Assembly: GCF_006345805.1 (NCBI RefSeq)
Contig: NC_043000.1
Location: 147,250,001 to 147,314,000, forward strand
Source of the DNA: Octopus sinensis
Taxonomy: Eukaryota
DNA: 64,000 nucleotides
Reading direction: 5' to 3'
Positions 1-14,616 of the stretch are shown here, piece by piece. How positions within the stretch are numbered: position 1 is the first letter of the stretch; every line of letters starts with the position of its first letter. The position numbers were made by a program, and so were the translations under genes. The notes under the pieces were generated by a model, which made no database searches, was not told the origin of the DNA, and saw only the letters and a program-made list of their open reading frames with translations.

Positions 1-3000
1 CTTATTCGTTTCAAACAACCACTTACTTTCCTTTTTAATTTAAAACCGTGCCTTCAATTACACGGACCACTAGCTAGGAGTGATGGCACTGAACGAAGAA
101 ATCTAATCAAAGACAACAGAAACTTCAATTTGCAAAGAACGGATTCGCGAAAAACTATTACACTGCGAAAAGAAAAGAAGTGGTTAAAAGGGAAAAAATC
201 GATAGGACAAGTTTAGAAATAAGTCGAGAGGTCTAATATATTATTTATTATACACTCTCTTATATTGGAACAAATAAATTTCGTTAATTTCGCTGGCAAG
301 TCAAGAATTACAAATTTTGAAATATTATTTGTTTACCGAAGAACAATGTCTTACGAAACAATTTTTGGCAATCGTTTTGTACTATATTGTCATATGATCT
401 ATTCTGCTTTGTTAATATCTCTAAGAGTTTGGCCTTTGTCAAGGTATAAAGAAAATAATAGCCGAGAAATTAAAACCAAGAACAGAAATTAATTTGTTTT
501 CCGTTTATATTCTGGTAAGAATATTTTACGAGGCAAAATTTGCAAATATCTGGTATACCATATTGACATGTGATCTATACTTTTGTTATTGTGTAAACTT
601 TCGTTTCTTTCGTTAGTTGTGTCAGGTGCTGCTGAGTAAAACTGTAAGTAATGCATGAAATTTCTTTTTATCTTTTGTCAAAAGACAAAAAAAGAATTTA
701 ATATTTGTTTGTGTTTATTTTTATGGATAGTGTATTAATGTTAATGCAAAGCAATGTTTGCTGCATATCGTCATTTACTATACTTTACGTTTTGCCTAAA
801 GACTTTGTTCTTCTGTATATTCCTGAATGTCGTTGAAGAAGTATAATTAATTGGAACTACGAACACAAAGTTAATCAATAGCATAGATTTCGTGTCCGTG
901 GGCCGATCATTAGTTAACATATGGTTGCAGCTCTCGTGTTTCGAGCAACTGGTAACGATCAACTTTCTCGAATTGTATTATTTCCCTTTTTCCGTTTTAC
1001 TCCAAGTAATAAGAAGAATGTACGATATTTCTCCGTTAAGATAATAGTGAAAACAACATCTAAAAGGACTGCGATACTTCATAAACATGTAAGAAAGCAA
1101 ATATATATAATCACGGAGAAAACAGATTTCTGTTGAAAATGTGAATGAATAGCAAAATGAGAGATTTCTACATTGTATAACAGGGAGGATAGTCAGTGAA
1201 TAAAAATAGAAAAAAATCAGGTATAGACATTTAAGAGTAGTGATTGAATGACTTATTGGGTCGAGAGAGGCACAGCAGAAGAATTTGAATTTATGTATCT
1301 TGAACAAACATAGTGGACCCCGTCCAAATTAGATCCCTGTATGTATTCAACTGCTTAAAGACAAAATATTTGCCGTGCAACTTCTTGGAGCATCTTATTT
1401 CCCTCTTCTTGTGGTAACCACTACTGAAATATTTGCCATTTGTAAGTGTATTGTAAGTGTATTGGTCCCACATACAACTACACAGTACTGGTTGCAAAAT
1501 AAGAACCGCTGTCTGCTCCGTTAGTTGTCTGCTACTCTAGCCAATTAACTACCCGTGTTCTCGAGTGTTAAAGCAAGCAGGTTCATTAATATGAGAAATA
1601 TTAAGTTTGTGCAGGTGAAAAGAAGCTAGTTTATAGACATAAAAGGAAGTTAATTTATCGACATGGATGGTGGCTATTTTTTGTCAACAAAGAAGAAAGT
1701 CATTTTGTAAGCATAGAAGGATATCAAGTTGATAAAAATGGAAGGAAGCAAGTTCATGAATATGTGACTAAACCAATTTATAAAACTTGGAAGGAAGTTA
1801 TTTTTATAAACATGAAAGAGTTATTTATAAGCATCGACGAAAACTACTTTATATTCATGGTAAGAACTTGCTTTTGAAATATAGAAAATATGAAATATAA
1901 GACTTGAGACTTTTCTGTAGTAGTATTTGCTTTTTATTACAGTTTGCTTAGTAAGTGGTCCCATTTTTCATGTATGCCCATCAGGTCCTTTTTCTTATAT
2001 CCAGTTACTCAGTATTTCTTTATGGTGTACTCATGACCTGCTCAGGCCCTTCAAAACGGATCACATTGCTGCAACTGATGCTGAGTTTGAATAGTTGGAA
2101 GTTGACAACTATAGAGCTAGAAGAGAATTCCAGAGGTTTAAGAATGGAGAAGAATGATTGATCAAAGTGGTTAGTGAGGAGTATGGAAAGGCTGACGCAG
2201 AATGAGTGACTGGACGAGATAAGATGAGACGCGCCGTTTTAAAGGAACGAAAGTGACATGACCTCATATACTTGAATTGTTCAAATATTTTTACAGGATT
2301 TCATTGTTGAAGAATGGTAAGTAGGATGATCTCCCAATATTTATGTGGATCATTTTAGAAAACGCCAGAAGGACTAGCTACAGGGTAGGATGTAGGAAGA
2401 GCGAAGAACGACGGTTTCTTTAGTTTTACGAATGTTACCCTGAGATGATGCCGACCTTCTTGACACACAGATTAGGTTATTGGAGTCACTATCGTAAGGT
2501 TATGGATTCGATTCCTGAAGCTGGCGGGATGTTGGGAAGCCACGTCATTTTAAGTGGCTCTTGTCCAGTCAGCTGAAAAGGAGTCACGTCTACTGCAGAA
2601 AGCTCCTCGCAGTTTCTAAACATATATAAAATCTCTTAATGCAAGATGTCAGCTGCCCTTCATGGTTACGATAGAGAAGACGATGGGATTTGCATGAGCC
2701 GTGGATCTACATGTATTTTTAGCCTGTACTACTGCAGCGTGACGGGTAAATCATTTGGCTTACATCTAAAGACGCCGGGTCATTTGTGGTTATGAACTTT
2801 GGTTATGTGAGTGATATGCAGCGACAAATTTAAGAAGATAGTTTCGGTTAGCTGCTCGGCTGAAGTAGAGATATATATTGATGCAGAAGCGGCAATAATC
2901 AAAATTGTTGGTGGTTGGAGTCTTGAAGAACGACTGAGGCAGCAGATAAATTTAGAGGATTGAAGAAGGAAGATTTAGTACTATAATAATTGGGATTCCT

Positions 3001-4135
3001 TGCTGCTGATTTCCTGAATGAAATTGTGGCATAATGGTAGTGTGGATTCTACGACTGAAGTTTAAATATAGATTGTAGCTTGGACAGCAGAATGAGTTAT
3101 AAAATAACAGATAAGATAATAGTTTCGGAAGGAAAAGTATCTGTGATTTGCGTGTAAGTAATGGATGACGGATGGAGTGCAAGCCGGACTAGAGTTCACG
3201 AATGTTCATCGATCTGTTACAAATTGCTATGTTTTCTCAGGTGTTTTGCCAGTACTTTTCAACAGGGCAATAAGGACATTTGCTTTCGTCATTTCCTTTA
3301 ATCGGTGCATTTGGTAAGAGTTTGAGGGAAAGCCTCACCTCTTAGAACCCTTACTAAGCACTTCAATCAGTCTTTACAGCAGAGTATAAATGCAAAATAG
3401 AGAAAAAGTATTCTGTCCAAGGACATACTTATGTGTTTTGACAGAGACTGCTAACTTCTCAGTCTGTGATGCTATCATTTAGCCGTAGCTCATCGTCATT
3501 CGGTCAGACCTATAACAATGAATTCTAGCTGTAAACATCTTGCTTTGAGTTAATTTTTTGTCATACAAAATGTTTTTATATCTATATTCAATGAATTTTT
3601 TAAATAATAGGATTTGACTTGAGAGAGATTTGGTGGCTATTTTTAGCAGATTAAACGTTGACTAAGAGGTTCTCTTGTCGTATTAGTCTGTCAAAGGCTC
3701 GGTGAAATGAAGCACGTTCTAAATACTCCAAATCGGACTTGGTGCTGTGGTTGTAATTGAATATATTCCGCACAAGAGCCTCATTCCTGGAACAAGCCAT
3801 TGCCGAATGACTTCACGGGTTTTCAGCTGTTGTTCATTTCGTTACCAATTACCTGAGACTAGAGATCTACCTTTAAGGCTTAAAGATCCACCGAGTAATT
3901 CCTCGGTTTCTAATCGTAATTTGTGTCTTTGTTTAATAACTCTTTGACTTCTGGTTGTAAGTAGTGTCCTTGCTTATGAAATGAGTCTTCTGGTGACAGA
4001 AAGACGGCAGAGATCTTAATAACTACAGTCAAGCATTCATTTGCTAAATTTCAGTATCTTATTGATTTGTACAGCTTCGGCTTCAGAAACATTAGTTTGA
4101 ACTAGCGAAATACCTCTCTTTTAATTTTTTTTCCT

Positions 4136-4516
4136 CTCTTTTACTTGTTTCAGTCATTTGACTGCGGCCATGCTGGAGCACCGCCTTTAATCGAGCAACT
4201 CGACCCCGGGACTTATTCTTTTGTAAGCCCAGTACTTATTCTATCGGTCTCTTTTGCCGAACCGCTAAGTAACGGGGACGTAAACACACCAACATCGGTT
4301 GTCAAGCAATGCTAGGGGGACAAACACACACACGCATATATATATATACACATATATACGACGGGCTTCTTTCAGTTTCCGTCTACCAAATCCACTCACA
4401 AGGCTTTGGTCGGCCCGAGGCTATAGTAGAAGACACTTGCCAAAGGTGCCACGCAGTGGGACTGAACCCGGAACCATGTGATTGGTAAACAAGCTACTTA
4501 CCACACAGCCACTCCT
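4136..4516 (-). mobile_element. tRNA-derived SINE family A, near full length
   Basis: Reverse complement of the family A head (aggagtggctgtgtggtaag..ggttccgggttcagtcccac), internal (TA/CA)n and 3' tail aaacaagtaaaagag. At least seven similar copies occur in the window. Confidence 0.9.
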
Positions 4517-5682
4517 CGTTATTTTTTTAATATAAACAACATTTTTTTTCAAGTTACTAACCACTCTCGGAGTATACTGAGCTGTAACATCTAAGTGGCA
4601 ACAGCAACCTCGAAAACAGTCACTTCTTATATGCAACAGATACATCATTTTGTGGATATTTAGTTACCCTGCATTCGTGTATTTGAAAGAACCCTTGATA
4701 CAGGAAACCTAAACACAGAAAACCTTTGATATAGATCTATGAGGAGAAAATTTCTTTATCTACATAGTCGTATATTCCAAAGGTGGCCACCACCCCGGAA
4801 ATATTGCACTTCACACCACTGCACCAGTGTTTGATGCACTTCTAAAAGAAAACTCTGTTGTTCTTTGTAGCAATATATAAAACCCCAAATTCTCTCACTT
4901 AAACACAAATGTGTTACTAGGTTCTAAAATAGTAGAATGACGGTTCTTCTTTTGTCAACAGGCTATACAAATACTATGTCAGTGTTCGCCACACAATTTT
5001 CAGAATATCTTAACAATGCCTTTAGACTTCACTTTTATAAGTTTCGTCTATGGTGTAGGTATTAACGGTGTAAATGAAACAGCTATGATTTATTTGAATT
5101 GGAAATGGCCTGAAGATTTAAGTCTCAGAAGAATTATTGCCATCTCATGTCAATTACAAATAATGATCTTTTTGCGTTCTTGCCTTGATGTAACTCTCCA
5201 ATCTCATGAAATCACTTTTATTTTGCTATTTTGTGAATATGTCAGCTCATCTTTACACCAAAAATTGACTTGATAGAAAATGCATTCAACATTGGTTATA
5301 TCATAATCTATTCCAATTGGCATGTGGTATTTCATGATACTGAGCTTCTTGTTTCGTGATAATAATATCTTTTGCTGAGACATCCAAACAGCTTACAATT
5401 TATTTGCATTGTTACGTGTAAATAATGATACCTAAAGATAGTTTAGGTTTAACGTATCTCCTAGAACAGAATACACGAAAAGCATTTGGATTCGAAAACA
5501 TATATCACCATGTTTGTAGATCTAATCACATCTAATCATACTTTAAAGAAGCAGTGATATCCGCCTCTTGAAGAAGCTACACTATCTGAATATGCTATCG
5601 ATACAGTTTCAAAATCAGCAATAGCACAAGTAACGAAAATCTTCTTTGCTCTGTAAATTTATGCGAAAAAATATTTAATATA

Positions 5683-6110
5683 GGCGCAGGAGTGGCTGTG
5701 TGGTAAGTAGCTAGCTTACCAACCACATGGTTCCGGGTTCAGTCCCACTGTGTGGCCCAAAGTGTCACGCAGAGGGACTGAGCCCGAAACCATAGCCTCG
5801 GGCCGACCATGCCTTGTGAGTGGATTTGGTAGACGGAAACTGAAAGAAGCCCGTCGTATATATGTATATGTATATATGTGTGTGTGTGTGTTTGTATGTC
5901 TGTGTTTGTCCCCCAACATCACTTGACAACCGATGCTGGTGTGTTTACATTACCGTAACTTAGCGGTTCGGCAAAAGAGACCGATAGAATAAGTACTAGG
6001 CTTACAAAGAATAAGTCCTGTGGTCGATTTGCTCGATTAAAGGCGTTGCTCCAGCATGGCCGCAGTCAAATGACTAAAACAAGTAAAAGAGTAAAAAAAG
6101 TAAAAGAGTA
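5683..6110 (+). mobile_element. SINE family A with an internal fold-back rearrangement
   Basis: ggcgcaggagtggctgtgtgg head with A/B-box-like motifs; tail aagtaaaagagtaaaaaaagtaaaagagta. Confidence 0.9.
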
Positions 6111-6834
6111 ACGGACTTTGATCATAATTTTTGGCTCTCACACCTTTCATCCAGTGAAACATCAAAGGACGTGACAACTAGGAAGAGTGGGCGCTGCACA
6201 GACTCTCGATTTGTTACTCATTTTCAACTGAATAGGTGTGAAATGAAGTGCTTTGCCTAAAGACATAACGTGCTTCTCGATCCAGGAATCGAACCCATTA
6301 CTGTATAAACGTTATTCCAATATCCTAACTATTAGACCAGCGACTAAAACAATTAATTAAAGCGCAGAACATACTACCAAGTCGTGCTCTCTTGCGAGTG
6401 ACGGCTATGGTTATATACTATCTATCTATTTATCTATCTATTTATCTATCTATCCGCTCGGTCGAAGTCGACTCTCGGTCACTCGTTGGATCAGTGTCCT
6501 CCAGTCAGTTCTATCCTGGGCCGCTTCTTTCAGATTGGCTATGTCCATTCCGGTTATATACTATGGTCAGTAAATGACGCAGGGAGTGGATACAATATAA
6601 ATTCCGAAAGGATATAGAAGTGAGCTGGTTGGCCTGAGTGTAAGTCGTACATTGCATAATGTAGACCCAAATAAATAATGTTTGAAACGTAGAAGAAGGA
6701 ATTATCACGGTTGGAGCTAAGTTGATCGTGGATCTGCTGATTTAGGACTAAACAACATCAACAAATAAGTGAGGGAGCCCCTACGGTGTGATTCAATCTT
6801 CTAGGAATAACAGCAAAATCTTCCTCCAATCATT

Positions 6835-7265
6835 GGATCTTTTCGGTTTGAACGGCAGTTTTTTTAAATAATTTCCACGTAGCTAAACACTTTTAAACTT
6901 CGTATACTGGTAGAATGTGTTTATAAAACATCTTTTTCTCTTGGCTTTATTGAGAAAATTCTATAGTTTGTAAGATATTTGTTGTTGTTTTCTCTTCAAT
7001 TTCTGCAATTTCAACCAATCAATGACGTGTATTGAGGTGAAAAACATTCTGTGCCGTATGAATATGTCCCTCGTTTAAGAAACAGATTGGGTTTATTTAC
7101 ATTTCTGAAGAAAAAAAGATACCCTTCCCCCCACCCCTAACCCTAACCCTAACCCTAACCCTAAGACAGATTGAAATGCAATAGATCGATACTAGGGTCA
7201 TAATTATGGGTGACAATTTCATATGACACCGCTAGAAAAAACTGCCGTTCAAACCGAAAAGATCC
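6835..7265. mobile_element. MITE with 30-bp perfect TIRs and 8-bp TSD (Merlin-like by GG termini and TSD length)
   Basis: TIR ggatcttttcggtttgaacggcagtttttt at both ends; TSD caatcatt at 6827-6834 and 7266-7273. Confidence 0.9.
7135..7164 (+). repeat. Interstitial telomeric tract (CCCTAA)5 inside the MITE
   Basis: Five exact ccctaa units. Confidence 0.95.
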
Positions 7266-7900
7266 CAATCATTCCCTATCTCTTAAATTAAAAAAAGGAC
7301 ATTGTAGACATACACTTAAAAAGACGATATAGCCACGGCTGGAATGCTTTCGATCGTGTCTGCACGGTCAGAGTTAAAGAACAATACTTATTGAAGCTGA
7401 ATTCAGCAACAACAGATTTTCATATTAAGGAGACATTTACATTTTCTAAATATATTTTATCAAACATGTCTGGTCTTCTGTTTATTTCGATAGAAACTGA
7501 ACTCAAGGCATTGTATCACTTTCGCAGAGGATAAAACGTGCTGCTGCTGCTGCTGCTGCTGCTACTACTACTGCACAGACGAGTGATAAATGTAAATAAC
7601 AAATGTAAATTAGGCGAGTTCCTAGTGGGTGAACCAGTTTCGATACTTCGTAGTGGCTATTGCATTACACTTCTACACACAATCACTATTCGTTTCGTTT
7701 CATTTCATTTCCTTTGTCCATTTCCATTTCATTTAACAAATATACCCCCTGAGAAATACGGCAATATCGCATAGTCTCATATAAATTTTCAACATTTATG
7801 CCTACGAAAGAAATCGATGCTGCTAAAACACCAGCTGCCTGTGAAATAGATATTTTACAATACTCTGAAAAATGTATGTGCTTGTGTGCGTCTGTGTGTA

Positions 7901-7955
<55 letters not shown>

Positions 7956-8191
7956 GTGAGTGAGTGAGTGAGTGAGTGAATGAATGAGTGAGTGAGTGAG
8001 GGGGATGTCTGTTAATAATGTGTTCTTAATAGCTAAAAACAACAAACATAGACTATAGAAAGGACTCAATATATGAAGAAGTGGTCAGATATTCATCTAT
8101 TTTGAAAAGATGACAGACTATGAATTTTCGCCGGGGCTTGTATATCAAAAGATATGTGTAATAAAATGTAACGTACATGTATATAAGAGTG

Positions 8192-8599
8192 TATATGGCT
8201 CAGAAACCTGGACGTTATCAAAGAAGCTTGAGAGGCGGTTGGATGGAACCTACACTCGCCTCCTTATGGGAGCTCAAATCTCTCGTGGAGGCGCCATCCA
8301 ACCAAAATGCAAATATATGGGAAACTACCACCTGTGTCATCTCTTGTGAAAGGTAAGAGAGTCCAGTTTGCTGGACATTGTTGTAGAGCTGAAAATGAGG
8401 TAATTTCTACTCTTCTCCTCTGGAAGCCATCTGCTCGCTATACCAGAGGGCGCACACTCTCCTACCCTGATGTAATCTCCAGGGATACAGGCATCCAGCA
8501 ACAGGACCTCTGTAATGCCATGATGGACCGTGAAGTCTGGCGTAGCATGGTAAATTCCATTGTCTCGACCACGGTCGAACAATGATGATGATGATGATG
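8192..8599 (+). mobile_element. RTE-clade LINE, 5'-truncated 3' end
   Basis: YGSETWTLSKKLERRLDGTYTRLL..RVQFAGHCCRAE..DREVWRSMVNSIVSTTVEQ*, then a (GAT)n tail. Confidence 0.9.
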
Positions 8600-9487
8600 T
8601 GTTTACTTGATTTGTGGCGGATAGAAGCACTTGATTTAAGATGAGTAGAGGTGCTGTACCTGTAGGTGAGAAGTTCAACATATATTCTACTATGTCACTG
8701 ATAGAAATGCATAAGTTTAATCGCTAGCTCTGTAAAAAAACGGTAAAAACTTGCATGCGTATTCATTACGTAACTCTAACAGAATTTCGAACACTTCGCT
8801 ATTTTCATGCATTTGGTCACTCAAGAATCCCAACACACCTTTCAAAATTAACTGAAACATTACTTCACGCGCTCAGCCATACAATCTTAAAAAAAAAAAA
8901 CTCTACCAACTTTGTATCTTAAGATCATTTGAAATTTCTTTTTTCAAAATTCTGTTTAATTGAACAAACACTCGAAGAAAATCTCGCACTATGTAAACAT
9001 TTTCCAAGGGTTTAATTAAGTCCACATTCCCATCACATTCATAAACCCTATCCCAATAAACTCCTAGATATCACAACATTGGCTATTTCCAGTATCTTTA
9101 CTCTAAAATTCAAACATAGCTAGTATCGTTACATCTATGTTTAAAATCAAACGGACAATTAGAAATAAATCTTCGTACATAGATAGCAAACGTCATTTGA
9201 ATTTGTCCTGTATCTTATATAAAAGCGAAATTTCAATCATTTTATTTCGAGACAGGATTTCAACAAGAGGTTTAAGCTGTTGGACCGTTGTAGGAATCTT
9301 TCAAAATATTTTCCAAGCATGTTGGCGAAACGAATGATTTCAGGAGTATTCTGAACATTTAGAAAAATACGAATCTTAAAACCTCTGTTTTTGAAGATTC
9401 GGGAGTTTGAAGACAAAAAATGTTGAGATGTTTCCCTTTCTAAGATTTTTTTTTTTTTTACGCGTATGAAATTATAATTCATATATA

Positions 9488-9645
9488 GAAGTGGCTGTGT
9501 GGTAAATAGCTTGCTTACGAACCACATGTGGTTCCGGATTCAGTCCCACTGCGTGGCACCTTGGGTAGGTGTCTTCTACTATAGCCTCGGGCCGACCAAA
9601 TACTTGCGAGTGGATTTGGTAGACGGAAACTGAAAGAAGCCCGTC

Positions 9646-9733
<88 letters not shown>

Positions 9734-9976
9734 GTATATATATATATATGTATATGTGTGCGTGTTTGTGTATCTGTTTGTCCCCTCAACATCGCTTGAC
9801 AACCGATGCTGGTGTGTTTACGTCCCCGTAACTTAACGGTTCGGCAAAAAAATGGACTGATAAAATAAGTACTAGGCTTACAAAGAATAAGTCCCGGGGT
9901 CGATTTGATCGACTAAAGGCGGTGCTCCAGCATGGCCGCAGTCAAATGACTGAAACAAGTAAAAGAGTAAAAGAGT
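9488..9976 (+). mobile_element. SINE family A with expanded internal (TA)n
   Basis: Same head, body and (aagagta) tail as the other A copies. Confidence 0.9.
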
Positions 9977-11004
9977 ATATATTTTTATCAATGAGTATAT
10001 ATATATATTCTCGTTTTCTTTTCTTTCCTAAGCCAATTACGATAGTTAGTTTACTGGTTATCACTGTAATATTAATTACGAATAAATTTTGATCTTGCCC
10101 CCCATCAGATGAAAGACAATTTTATGTAAGAAAAGAGTCCAATCAGCTATCCAGTTCTCTACGAAATTTATCCCCTAATATTAGTAAATACATATCTTGC
10201 TATCTATAGATGAATTTACGTTCACCAGCTCTTATTAATATTACTCTCGCATTTGCAGCTTTATCGCTAAATACACAACCCGTTCTAATGTTACTAATAG
10301 TAAAAATACACCCAATAGATATTTTTATGGTAAAATCCAGTTTTCATTTTTAACTTGCCAAGAAATATTGCCAATGATTTGCTAAAAGTAATTTATTTTT
10401 ATAGATATTATAATATTTTTAACGGAAATTGACCATTTTGTTCGAATTTCCGCTGTAGGTTATGCCCAAGCGAAAAACTATTCCTTTTCTTCTAAAATAT
10501 TCATGGCTAAACGAAATGTCTGAGCGATCATAAACACGATCCAAAATACTTTCCAACAATGTACTTTCAAAACGGACAATCTCCGTAATATTTCGAATAC
10601 TTATGAAAATAAGAGCCTTGTTTAATTTTGGAGATTTCTAGGTTTTATAAGACATCTAAAAATTTCAAGTTATTTCCTTTGCAAAGTTGGATTTTTTACG
10701 CATGCGGAATCATAATTTATATTTCTATATATTTTTGTACTTAAATAGACTTTTCATGCCTTACATCCTTATTTTCGCTTCTCTTACTCACTATCTCCTC
10801 CATTTCATCCAACAGCGTTTTTTTATGGTATCAAAACATCTCCACTCTATATCTATTATATACCATTTAATTTACAATTTCTATGATAGTCTGAAGATCG
10901 CAGAAAAGAAACTCGGAGGACAGCTAAGTTCAAGAATGCATTTTCATCACTCCTCTATCGATGCAGTTTATGCCGAAGCCTTTTTAATGATATTTAGCAA
11001 TATA

Positions 11005-11267
11005 ATAAAATAAATAAATGCGCCATTTTTAAAGCCTAGCCAGGCTCATGGGCCCGGTTTCCCGGTTTCCGTGGCGTATGTGCTCCCCAGCTGGATGGGA
11101 CACCAGTCCATCGCAGCGTTACCCTTTTTTGCCAGCTGAGTGGACTGGAGCAACGTGAAATGAAGTGTTTTGCTCAAGAACACAACGCGTCGCCCGGTCC
11201 AGGAATCGAAACCACAATCTTACGATCATGATGCTGACGCCCTAACCACTAAGCCACGCGCCTCCAC
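11005..11267 (-). mobile_element. tRNA-derived SINE family C, full length
   Basis: Head gtggaggcgcgtggcttagtgg..gtttcgattcc; 13-bp TSD atttagcaatata at 10992-11004 and 11268-11280. Confidence 0.92.
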
Positions 11268-11732
11268 ATTTAGCAATATACATACAGTAAAAAGACTAAT
11301 AATATCCTATTTATTGTAAAACGATTGCATTGGCATACAAATAGATATTCCATACATATACAGCAGAGCATCGCTAAAAATGAACGGTGTTTAGTCTTAT
11401 CAGAAACTGAAAGAAACAGCTTCCAAACCATTTGCTTTTTGCTGAGTTCTGGAGAAAATACTTGCCTGGAGTTCCGTGAGACGGGACTGAACCCAGATAC
11501 ACGTGGTTGTGAAACAATGCCACCGTTCAAGCAGGCACACACATAGAAACACAAATATTCATACAGGACAGTAAACACCATAAGTAGAAAATATCAGATA
11601 TTAACCTATAACAGGGACAGTTTATATATTTCATATATCTTATAGAGCTTTCTGATCATTTTACATTGAAGTTTTTCGTATGATTTATATTTCTTTTCAG
11701 ACGTTAAATTACAAAAGGCATGTTTTATAAGA

Positions 11733-11734
<2 letters not shown>

Positions 11735-11767
<33 letters not shown>

Positions 11768-11859
11768 TATGTGTGGTGTGGAATATATATATATGTATAT
11801 ATATATACATATATAATATACATATATGCATGCATATATGTAAATATATTTTATATATC

Positions 11860-11947
<88 letters not shown>

Positions 11948-12024
11948 TATATACATATATTATGTGTGTATGTATATTTAGATAACACATATGCATATAT
12001 ATATATATGTATTATGTATATATG

Positions 12025-12098
<74 letters not shown>

Positions 12099-12110
12099 CA
12101 TATATATGTG
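11735..12110. repeat. (TA)n-rich microsatellite block
   Basis: Long interrupted TA array; source of the IY-repeat ORFs. Confidence 0.95.
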
Positions 12111-13106
12111 TATACACACACATATGTATACATAAGAACGTATGTATACATCAGTTATGCATACACTCACACATAAATTTATATATGCATGTATGTATAT
12201 GCATATATTCATATATTCATACCTGCACATATATGTGTAAATATATGTGTGCATATATGTGTACATATATGTACTCTCATACGCACACGGACATGTATGC
12301 ACACACACACTCTCTCTCTCTCTCTCTTTCTTCTCTCTCTCACACACACATACACACACACACGTACATATTTTATCACCCTATAGTATAATGTGCTTGC
12401 TTTGTACGAATACTTTTCAAGTAGATTAAAGATACCCAAGTCATTCGACAATAACAGAAAGCAAAGAAACACACCACACATTACTCATATACTTATATGT
12501 ACACATATGTGTGTTCGTGTGTGCATGTGCGTATAGTGTGTGTGTATGAGTGAGATGGGGAGAGAGAGAGCGTGTATATGTGTAGACGCACACAGAGAAA
12601 TGACACACAAGAAATACTCTTCCACACTCACACAAACTACACATTCACACACATTCACACACAAGAAAGGCAGGCACCCGAAAGAAAATTTATTTGCTGA
12701 GAATCGTTTCGGAGCCCCCGATAGAAATATGTTCAACGAAATAGATTCTAGATAAGGACTAGTTTTAGAGAGATTGGTGAGATATGGGTTATAATGTCAC
12801 TGCTGATAGAATGAACGAAAGAAGAAGAAAATAAAAAAAAAAACATAATAACCCACCAAACATTCAGCTCGTATTAGGAAACAAATATTTCATTTTCGCC
12901 TGATTTTCCAAGTGGGAGACCGTTAATGTAATATTCGTGCTTTGTTTGTCAAAGTCAGTGCTTAGGTAGGAGTGCTGGCATATATTTTCTCGCTTACACT
13001 AGAATAGAAAGGCCCAGATGAGGGTAATCATATATGTGTGTGTACGAATGCATATTCAAATATAGATAGATAGAGAGAGAGAGGAGAGGTGGATTGTGTA
13101 CATATA

Positions 13107-13147
<41 letters not shown>

Positions 13148-13889
13148 GTATGTAGTGTGTATGTGTATGTGTGCATCTATCTATCTCTCAATCTATCTCT
13201 ATCTCTTTGGGACTAGTTTTAAGGATGTTTTTGTATTTTCTTTGGTTTTTGTTTTCCCTTGCTTTTTTGTTTGTTTATATTGGGAGCGTTTTTGTACAAT
13301 TCAAATCGGCCACTAACAAAGTGCCAAGGCTCTTTTATCTAAGTCATGTCAGTTCTTGGGGTTTTTGGTTACCTGAACCGGTTGATGTATGCATGCATAT
13401 GTGCGTGATGTATATATGTATGTCACAATAGAACACAAGTGTGTGTGTTTCATTACTTTTGTGTGTGCGCCTTCATATGTACTCCATTATGCATGTGTGA
13501 TTGTGTACATATATTTACCGAGAAAACTAAAATGAAGAATCCTTGAAATGTTTTACAAATTTTCAGTTTCTCTAATCGTTTTATCTGGAGAATTCGAGTT
13601 AGTCTGCTCTCTTCTGTATTGAAGAACCAAGCATTTCTACGTTTCTATGTACCTCTGTTGTTATGTAACCCAATGTGCCTATGATAATAAGAACAAATGA
13701 AAATCTATAGCTTGTTTATAAGAGCTGTAGATTTCTCATCTGAACATAAACTGTTCTTCTTTTCCCCAGTTTTTGAGCAGACATGAATATACGCTGGATA
13801 ACTGATCTCAACTTTAGCTCCTTGTGCACAACTTTAGCTCCTTGTCTTATACAACTATATCTGGCCAGCTGTTGCCACACAGGGTTGTA

Positions 13890-14420
13890 TATATGCCTGC
13901 ACATCACTGACCAGACGACTGACGAGAAGTAGCAACCTCTTTGCTAGCACCTTGGTTAAGAACTTGAGCTCTGTGTTTAGTAGAGTTATGGGCCTAAAAT
14001 TGTCAGTGTGGTCTCTCATGTTCGGTTTTTCGGTCCTTTCTTGACAGTACCTCTACTCTTCGACTAACAGAAATGGGTATTCTGTTCTACTGCCAGTTGT
14101 GGCAGACATCCACCAAGAGGTCGCCGAACGAGTGTATAATAGTGGCGTAAAGCTCAATGAGGTAGACCAACCAGACCAGGTCAGTAGCCTCTCGCACAGA
14201 TAGTTATCATTTCCGGGCTGTTACCGGCCTTTCAGGTGCTGCTATCAGTTTTATTAACACTCTACACCACCGTGCCAGGAATTGCGAAGGAAACATCGAA
14301 GTCCATCCTGCGGTCCAGCCAACTGATCGTTCCGAAAAGTCGAGAAAATTACCACTGAAAAGCCGCCGCTTACATCTGTTTAGAATCGAATTGCATGTGC
14401 CCATCATACTCTCCATTGGT
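13890..14420 (-). mobile_element. Decayed Tx1/L1-clade RT fragment
   Basis: Minus strand reads FGDLLVDVCHNWQ*..DNFRPITLLNTELKFLTKVLAKRL, matching the RT N-terminal 'NYRPISLLN' motif. Confidence 0.75.
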
Positions 14421-14616
14421 TCCCCGATGTTGTCCTTGTTGCACGACATATCTGAATAACCTGAAGTGCTCGGGCTGGAGGATTCTGTTGCTAATGTTGG
14501 TGATATTGTTCTTGCAGTTGTCGTTTCAGTTGCTGCCATGGGAATTCTGTTCCTGTTTCCATTAGCGCTACTGTTCAAGTGGTTGCTACTGCAGCCGTAC
14601 CTACTGCCACTGTTTT

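Noticed and set aside
2040-3420. Possible host coding region
   Set aside because: Stops in all frames; it looks like a decayed LINE plus a SINE relic, too degraded to classify.
11709-12481. IY/YI-rich ORFs here and at 16.4-18.3, 28.1-28.6, 33.3-33.6, 52.7-53.7, 56.0-56.6 and 62.2-62.9 kb
   Set aside because: (TA)n and (CA)n lack stop codons in these frames, so these are artefacts.
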